A stretch of DNA of 64,000 nucleotides from Candidatus Bathyarchaeota archaeon (lineage in GTDB: Archaea; Thermoproteota; Bathyarchaeia; Hecatellales; Hecatellaceae). The translations under genes and the position numbers were made by a program. The DNA is taken from NCBI GenBank assembly GCA_052246995.1, contig JBQPWD010000003.1, positions 32,001-96,000 on the forward strand, in the 5' to 3' direction. The notes below the pieces were generated by a model that did no database searches, was not told where the DNA came from, and saw only the letters and a program-made list of their open reading frames with translations. Below are positions 58,874 through 64,000 of this stretch, piece by piece; position 1 is the first letter of the stretch; every line of letters begins with the position of its first letter.

Positions 58874-60301
58874 GTGGTTTGTATGGTTAAAGACGAGATT
58901 AAAAGCTCAATCAACCTTATGACGCATCTACTTGAACCAAATTCCATGGCTGTTATTGGAGCTTCAAGGGAGCCTGGTAAAGTTGGATACTCTATAGTTA
59001 AAAATCTTATTGATGGAGGTTTTAAAGGTAAAATTTACCCTATTAACCCTACAGCCCCAGAAATTTTAGGTTTAAAGTGTTACAGAAGCGTTAAAGAAAT
59101 ACCTGAAAATGTTGACACCGCTTTAATATCCATCCCTGCAAGATTAGTTGCTGATGCTGTTAAAGATTGCGGTGAAAAAGGTATTCCCATAGTAACTGTA
59201 ATTTCAGCTGGTTTTGCTGAAATAGGTGAAAAAGAGCTTCAAAAAAATCTTTTGGAAACTGCCCGTAGGTATGGTGTTAGAATTGTTGGACCTAACACTT
59301 TTGGTGTTTATAGGCCATCTAAAGGTATGTCTGCAACCTTTTGCATTCCTTACGAGTATGCTGGAGGTCTTGCTTTAACATGTCAAAGTGGCGGTGTAGG
59401 TATGGGAATTCTTGGTTATGCTAGGTCTAGGAGGGTTGGTTTATCAGCTCTTATAGGTTTTGGAAATAAGTGTGATGTTAATGAGGTTGATGTTCTTGAG
59501 TATTTTGTGCAGGATGAGCAAACTAAGGCTATAGCTTTACACGTAGAATCCATAGTTAATGGTAGAAGGTTTATTGAGGTTGCAAGCAAAGTTGTAAAGA
59601 TTAAACCTATTGTTTTACTTAAAGCTGGAAGAACAAGTTATGGTTCTAAGGCTGCATACTCTCATACTGCTGCCATTGGTGGGTTAGACCAAGTTGTTAA
59701 TGCCGCGGTTAAAAAGGCTGGTGTAATTAGGGCAAAAGGTCTTGAAGAATTTTTTGAGTTAGGTAGAGCTTTAGCTATGCTGCCTAAACCTAAAGGTGAA
59801 AATGTTTTAATTGTGACTGGTGCTGGTGGTCTAGGAGTTTTACTGGCTGATGCTTGTGAAGACCATGGAGTTAAGCTTATGGATATTCCTAAAGATTTGG
59901 AGGAAAAGTTTAGGAAGTATATTCCACCTTTTGGAAGCTTTAAGAATCCTGTAGACATTACAGGAGCATCTCCCCCTGAAACATACAGGGATTGTGTAGA
60001 TTTAGCTGTTAGAGATGAAAGAGTTCATGGTGTTATAGTAGGTTACTGGCATACATTGATAACTTCACCAATGGATTTTGCAAAAGTTGTAATTGAAGTT
60101 GTTAAGAATGCTAGAAAAGATGGAATAGAAAAGCCTATAGTTACATCATTAAGCGGAGATGTTGAAGTTGAAGAAGCAGCTAAACTTTTAGAAGATCACG
60201 GTATACTTGCATACCCTTACGCACCTGAGAAAGCCGTAGCTTCAATTGCATCAGTTTTTAAGTGGAGTAAATATACAGGTTTTTCACCATGCGACCTTTA
60301 A
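58874..60301 (+). CDS. ADP-forming acyl-CoA ligase alpha subunit
   Basis: AVIGAS, GPNTFG, CQSGG, SHTAAIGG, TGAGGLGV, NPVDITG. Confidence 0.92.
   Translation: MVCMVKDEIKSSINLMTHLLEPNSMAVIGASREPGKVGYSIVKNLIDGGFKGKIYPINPTAPEILGLKCYRSVKEIPENVDTALISIPARLVADAVKDCGEKGIPIVTVISAGFAEIGEKELQKNLLETARRYGVRIVGPNTFGVYRPSKGMSATFCIPYEYAGGLALTCQSGGVGMGILGYARSRRVGLSALIGFGNKCDVNEVDVLEYFVQDEQTKAIALHVESIVNGRRFIEVASKVVKIKPIVLLKAGRTSYGSKAAYSHTAAIGGLDQVVNAAVKKAGVIRAKGLEEFFELGRALAMLPKPKGENVLIVTGAGGLGVLLADACEDHGVKLMDIPKDLEEKFRKYIPPFGSFKNPVDITGASPPETYRDCVDLAVRDERVHGVIVGYWHTLITSPMDFAKVVIEVVKNARKDGIEKPIVTSLSGDVEVEEAAKLLEDHGILAYPYAPEKAVASIASVFKWSKYTGFSPCDL
59018..59115 (+). repeat. 98-bp inverted repeat, copy 2
   Basis: Identical to the reverse complement of 54611-54708. 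Confidence 0.9.
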
Positions 60302-61446
60302 CAGGTTTAAGGGTTCTAGATTTAACAAGGGAATTTCCATCATATCCTACTATTCTTGCTGATTTTGGTGCTGAAGTTATCAAGGTTGAGGAACCTTTAA
60401 GCGGTGATCCTGGAAGATACGTCCCACCATTAGTTGATGGTGAAAGTGTGTTCTTTTTAGCTCATCAACGAAATAAAAAAAGTATAGGTCTAAATCTAAA
60501 GTCTAAAGAAGGTTTAGAAATATTTTACAAGCTAGTTAAAATATCGGATATTGTTGTTGAAAATTTTAGGCCAGGGGTTACTAAACGCTTACATGTAGAT
60601 TATGATACTGTTAAATTCTACAATCCAAGAATAATTTACTGTTCAATTTCCGGTTTTGGTTATGATAGCCCCTATACTAGTATGCCAAGCCATGATTTAA
60701 ACTATCAAGCAATGTCAGGTATGTTGTTGTTAACCAAAGTTGATGATAAAATAGCTTTACCCGCTGCAAATATTTCCGCAATGGTAACATATCTCTATGT
60801 AACAATAGCAATTCTTATAGCCCTAATTAACAGGGAAAAAACTGGCGAAGGCCAATACATAGATGTCTCATTCCTAGATTCAACAATCTCCCTTCTCAGC
60901 CTACCAGCATCTTTAACATTTTTTGGCTTCAACATTGACAATCTACCAGTTAAAAAATTACCCTATTATGGTGTTTTTAAAACTAAAGATGAAAAATATA
61001 TTTGCCTTGGAATACTTTATGAAGAGCATTTTTGGAGGAAATTCTGTAAAATGTTTGGCAGGGAAGATTTAGCTGAACATTTAATTCCCTCAAAAGAAAA
61101 AAGTGTTGAAATTAAACAATTTCTCGAAGAAATATTTAAAACTAAAAGTAGGGATGAATGGTTTAAAATTCTTAAAGATGCAGAGATACCATGTAGCCCA
61201 GTATACTCTATAGAGGAAGTTTTCCAAGATCCTCATGTAAAGCATAGAAACCTGATACTGGAGATGGAACATCCAAAACTTGGAAAAATTAAACAATTAA
61301 ACATTCCAATAAAATTTTCAAGTATCAAAACAAAAACTAACCTACCGCCGCCAAAACTTGGTCAACATACGGATGAAATTCTACATTTTTTAGGGTATGT
61401 TGCAGACGAAATTAGAAAGCTTAAAGAGAAGAACATTGTAGGTTAA
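60289..61446 (+). CDS. Class III (CaiB/BaiF) CoA-transferase
   Basis: PLTGLRVLDLT, LADFGAEVIKVE, RNKKSI, ENFRPG, SISGFG, HDLNYQA, LGQHT. Confidence 0.92.
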   Translation: MRPLTGLRVLDLTREFPSYPTILADFGAEVIKVEEPLSGDPGRYVPPLVDGESVFFLAHQRNKKSIGLNLKSKEGLEIFYKLVKISDIVVENFRPGVTKRLHVDYDTVKFYNPRIIYCSISGFGYDSPYTSMPSHDLNYQAMSGMLLLTKVDDKIALPAANISAMVTYLYVTIAILIALINREKTGEGQYIDVSFLDSTISLLSLPASLTFFGFNIDNLPVKKLPYYGVFKTKDEKYICLGILYEEHFWRKFCKMFGREDLAEHLIPSKEKSVEIKQFLEEIFKTKSRDEWFKILKDAEIPCSPVYSIEEVFQDPHVKHRNLILEMEHPKLGKIKQLNIPIKFSSIKTKTNLPPPKLGQHTDEILHFLGYVADEIRKLKEKNIVG

Positions 61447-61574
61447 AATGAAGTTAAAAAGAGGAAAAATATTGGGAAAAAGCTTAATAAAGTATTAAAG
61501 CTATAAAGTTAATTCAGCATCAAAAATGGAGTAAAAAAATTAACTACATCTTAATTTTGGAGGTTATGTAAAAA

Positions 61575-62927
61575 ATGTCTGGTGAAAGGAAGAGGGTTAT
61601 TAAACGTTTGGAGAGTATGAGGCCTCTTAGGGCTAAGGTTGACCAGTCTTATTTGGATAGTGTTAAGGCTATGCAGGAGGGTAAGCCTGTAGCTTGGTGT
61701 ATGGTTAACTGGTGGATTGGTGATGTTGTTCTTAAGGCTATGGATGTTGTTACAGTTTACCCTGAAAATTATGGTGCTGTTTGTGCAGCTTTTGGTGTAG
61801 CTGAAAAATATTTAAACCTATCTGACTCTGATGGTATTCCAACACATATGTGTGGTTACAGTAGAAATTGTTTGGGTTATGCTATTAGAATGTTTAAGGA
61901 GCTTAAAGGGCAAATTCCGCCTGAAGCACCCATGGGCGGAATGGCTAAACCTGTTCTGCTTTTAGCATCATCAACTGGATGTGATCCAAGATATAAATGG
62001 TTCCAGCTACTAGGCAGGTATATAAATGTACCAATATGGACACTAGACGCCCCATCCCCGTCAACAATTGAACATGTTATGGATGAAAAGTATATGGATC
62101 AGATTATAAGGTTTGTTAGTAGGGATTTAAGGGAGTTTGTTGGTTTTTTGGAGAAGCTTCTTGGTAGGAGGATGGATTGGGGTAAGCTTGACGAAATTGT
62201 TAACGCCACTATTGAGATGCATAGGGTTTGGTTTGAGGTTAACGAGTTGAGGAAGGCTGTACCCTGCCCCATGCATTCAAGAGACTTCTGGTCTGCAATG
62301 CCCCCTGCACTCTTCCTATTAGGAAACCCTAAGGAGAGTGTTAAGCTTTATGAGGATTTGTATAGGGAGGTTAAGTATAGGGTTGACCATGGTATATGTG
62401 CAATTCCAGAAGAAAAATATAGGTTAATGTTTAGCGAACTTCCACCATGGCACAGCCTAGCATTCTTCGAAGACCTTGCAGAAAGAGGATGGAACTTTGT
62501 AACTGAAAGTCAAGGGTACCATCCACCAATACCCTTAAACAAAGAGTTTATAGAAAAAGTTGAAGACCCTCTAGAACGTATCGTCCGCCACTTCTACCAG
62601 TTTTTAACCTATTATGCTAGAAGAAGTTTAATGGGGGGTATAGGTTGCTATTCAAGTTCAGCAGCATACCTTGTTTGGGCTAAGGAGTATAAAGTTGATG
62701 GTGCAATGCTTCACCCCCTCATAACCTGCCGGTCTGCAACATCCCATCTTTATGAGATGGGTGAAATGTTGATGAAAATATTTAAAATTCCATCTTTTAT
62801 TGTTGAAGGTGACATTGTTGACCTTAGAGTTTTTAACGCCCAAGACGCCTTAAAAAGGGCAGAACCATTCGAAGAAACAATGCAACACTACGAAAAAGAA
62901 AGAAAAAAATTAGGATTAAACTGGTAA
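61575..62927 (+). CDS. 2-hydroxyacyl-CoA dehydratase family subunit (HgdA/FldB/HadB or benzoyl-CoA reductase-like)
   Basis: YPENY, CGYSR, CD–YKWF, PPW, DG…CR, EGD-VD motifs of the HGD-D family. Confidence 0.88.
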   Translation: MSGERKRVIKRLESMRPLRAKVDQSYLDSVKAMQEGKPVAWCMVNWWIGDVVLKAMDVVTVYPENYGAVCAAFGVAEKYLNLSDSDGIPTHMCGYSRNCLGYAIRMFKELKGQIPPEAPMGGMAKPVLLLASSTGCDPRYKWFQLLGRYINVPIWTLDAPSPSTIEHVMDEKYMDQIIRFVSRDLREFVGFLEKLLGRRMDWGKLDEIVNATIEMHRVWFEVNELRKAVPCPMHSRDFWSAMPPALFLLGNPKESVKLYEDLYREVKYRVDHGICAIPEEKYRLMFSELPPWHSLAFFEDLAERGWNFVTESQGYHPPIPLNKEFIEKVEDPLERIVRHFYQFLTYYARRSLMGGIGCYSSSAAYLVWAKEYKVDGAMLHPLITCRSATSHLYEMGEMLMKIFKIPSFIVEGDIVDLRVFNAQDALKRAEPFEETMQHYEKERKKLGLNW

Positions 62928-62950
62928 AAACGTGGTTGAGGGGAGAATAA

Positions 62951-64000
62951 ATGGGTAAAAGTGTTAGTGGATTTAAGTTTGTGGAGGAGTTTTACAAGAA
63001 TCCTGCTAAAAAAGTTAAAGAGTTGAAGGAAAAAACAGGTATGAAGGTGGTAGGGTATATCTGTGCTTACCCCCCACTTGAAATTTTAACTGCTGCAAAC
63101 ATAATTCCCTACAGAGTTTTTGGGGATGTAAATGAACCTATAACTGAGGGTAACAGGGTTTTACCTCCAGTAATCTGTAGCTATGTGAGAAGCGTTATCG
63201 ACCTGAGTATGAAAGGAAAGTTTAATTTTCTCGATGGAATAGTATGGTCTCATTCTTGTGACTGTATGCATAAAGGTGGATTTGTTTATGCAAGTATTGT
63301 TGGTAAACCAGAATCATATGTTCTTGAAATACCTACAACCATACGTGAGGGAACTGTTGATGTTTTTAAGTATGAGTTATCTGAGTTTAAAAAGTGGCTT
63401 GAAGATTTTGCGGAAAAGGAGGTATCCCCGGAGGGTTTAAGAGAAGCTATTGAAAAACACAATAAACAAAGAAGTTTAGTAAAAAGGTTGTATGAGCTTA
63501 AACAACAAGATCCTCCACTTATTTCTGGTGTTGAAACTCTTAAGGTAGTTTCTGTTGTTGAAGCTTTACCAGTTGAAGAGGGTAATAAAGTTTTAGAGGA
63601 AGTTATAGAAGAAGCTGAAAAACGTGAAGAAAAACCTGAAAAACGACGTGCAAGGCTTTTAATTTGGGGTAGTATAGTAGATTCACCAGCACTTTTACAG
63701 ATGATTGAGGAAGCTGGTGCTCACGTTGTTATGGATGATACTTGTGTTTGCAGTAGACAGTTTTGGGTGCATAGCAAAGATCCAAGCGTTAAAACTACAG
63801 GTGACCTTATAGAAAATTTAGCTAGAAGCTATCTTTTAGAGATTAGGTGCCCAAGACTTTACTTAGGATCTTATGGCGTGCTGAGTAAGGATTATAAGAA
63901 AGATTTAGAGGAAAGATTTGGGTATTTAAAAGATTACGTTGAAAAGTGGAAGGTTAATGGAGTTGTATTGCATAGCCTACGATGCTGTGATGTTCATGGA
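62951..64000 (+). CDS. 2-hydroxyacyl-CoA dehydratase family subunit (HgdB/FldC/HadC-like); runs off window end
   Basis: Manual translation MGKSVSG…VGYICAYPPLEILTAA…ICSY…HSCDC…MDDTCVCSR…CCDVHG, with no stop seen to 64000. Confidence 0.88.
   Translation, partial: MGKSVSGFKFVEEFYKNPAKKVKELKEKTGMKVVGYICAYPPLEILTAANIIPYRVFGDVNEPITEGNRVLPPVICSYVRSVIDLSMKGKFNFLDGIVWSHSCDCMHKGGFVYASIVGKPESYVLEIPTTIREGTVDVFKYELSEFKKWLEDFAEKEVSPEGLREAIEKHNKQRSLVKRLYELKQQDPPLISGVETLKVVSVVEALPVEEGNKVLEEVIEEAEKREEKPEKRRARLLIWGSIVDSPALLQMIEEAGAHVVMDDTCVCSRQFWVHSKDPSVKTTGDLIENLARSYLLEIRCPRLYLGSYGVLSKDYKKDLEERFGYLKDYVEKWKVNGVVLHSLRCCDVHG

Noticed and set aside
63258-63440. 60-aa ORF in the track
   Set aside because: Out of frame inside the dehydratase subunit that starts at 62951.

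Overview
AT-rich archaeal chromosome segment, most likely TACK/Thermoproteota and Bathyarchaeia-like (inferred from the undivided RNA polymerase A subunit, eS25, eL38, a GH57-DUF5752 fusion and tandem thermosome genes). It opens with the rpoB-rpoA-rpl30e-nusA cluster. RNA-processing, DNA-repair and glycosyl-transfer genes, a LIV-type ABC transporter and an acetate channel follow. From about 34.7 kb to the end there is a dispersed but dense set of acyl-CoA enzymes: a heteromeric acyl-CoA dehydrogenase pair, three ADP-forming CoA-ligase alpha subunits plus one beta subunit, two crotonases, a PaaK-like pair, SCP2, a class III CoA-transferase, an F420-dependent oxidoreductase and 2-hydroxyacyl-CoA dehydratase subunits. 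Three tRNAs are present (Leu-CAA, intron-containing Ser, Gln-UUG). Features missing from the ORF track: two box C/D guide sRNAs flanking adk, a 51-aa aCcr1/CdrS-like RHH regulator, a decayed PaaI thioesterase pseudogene, a frameshifted radical SAM/SPASM gene, identical DNA tracts between thermosome paralogues, and an identical 98-bp inverted repeat shared by two divergent CoA-ligase paralogues that brackets about 4.5 kb. The best candidate for an undescribed system is an archaeal FldABC/HadABC-like reductive 2-hydroxyacyl-CoA module with an F420-dependent dehydrogenase. Several intact-looking but catalytically degenerate enzymes (ThiI, HDAC, PaaK) are also notable. No CRISPR array, integrase or transposase was seen. 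All family calls are from motif recognition, not database searches.
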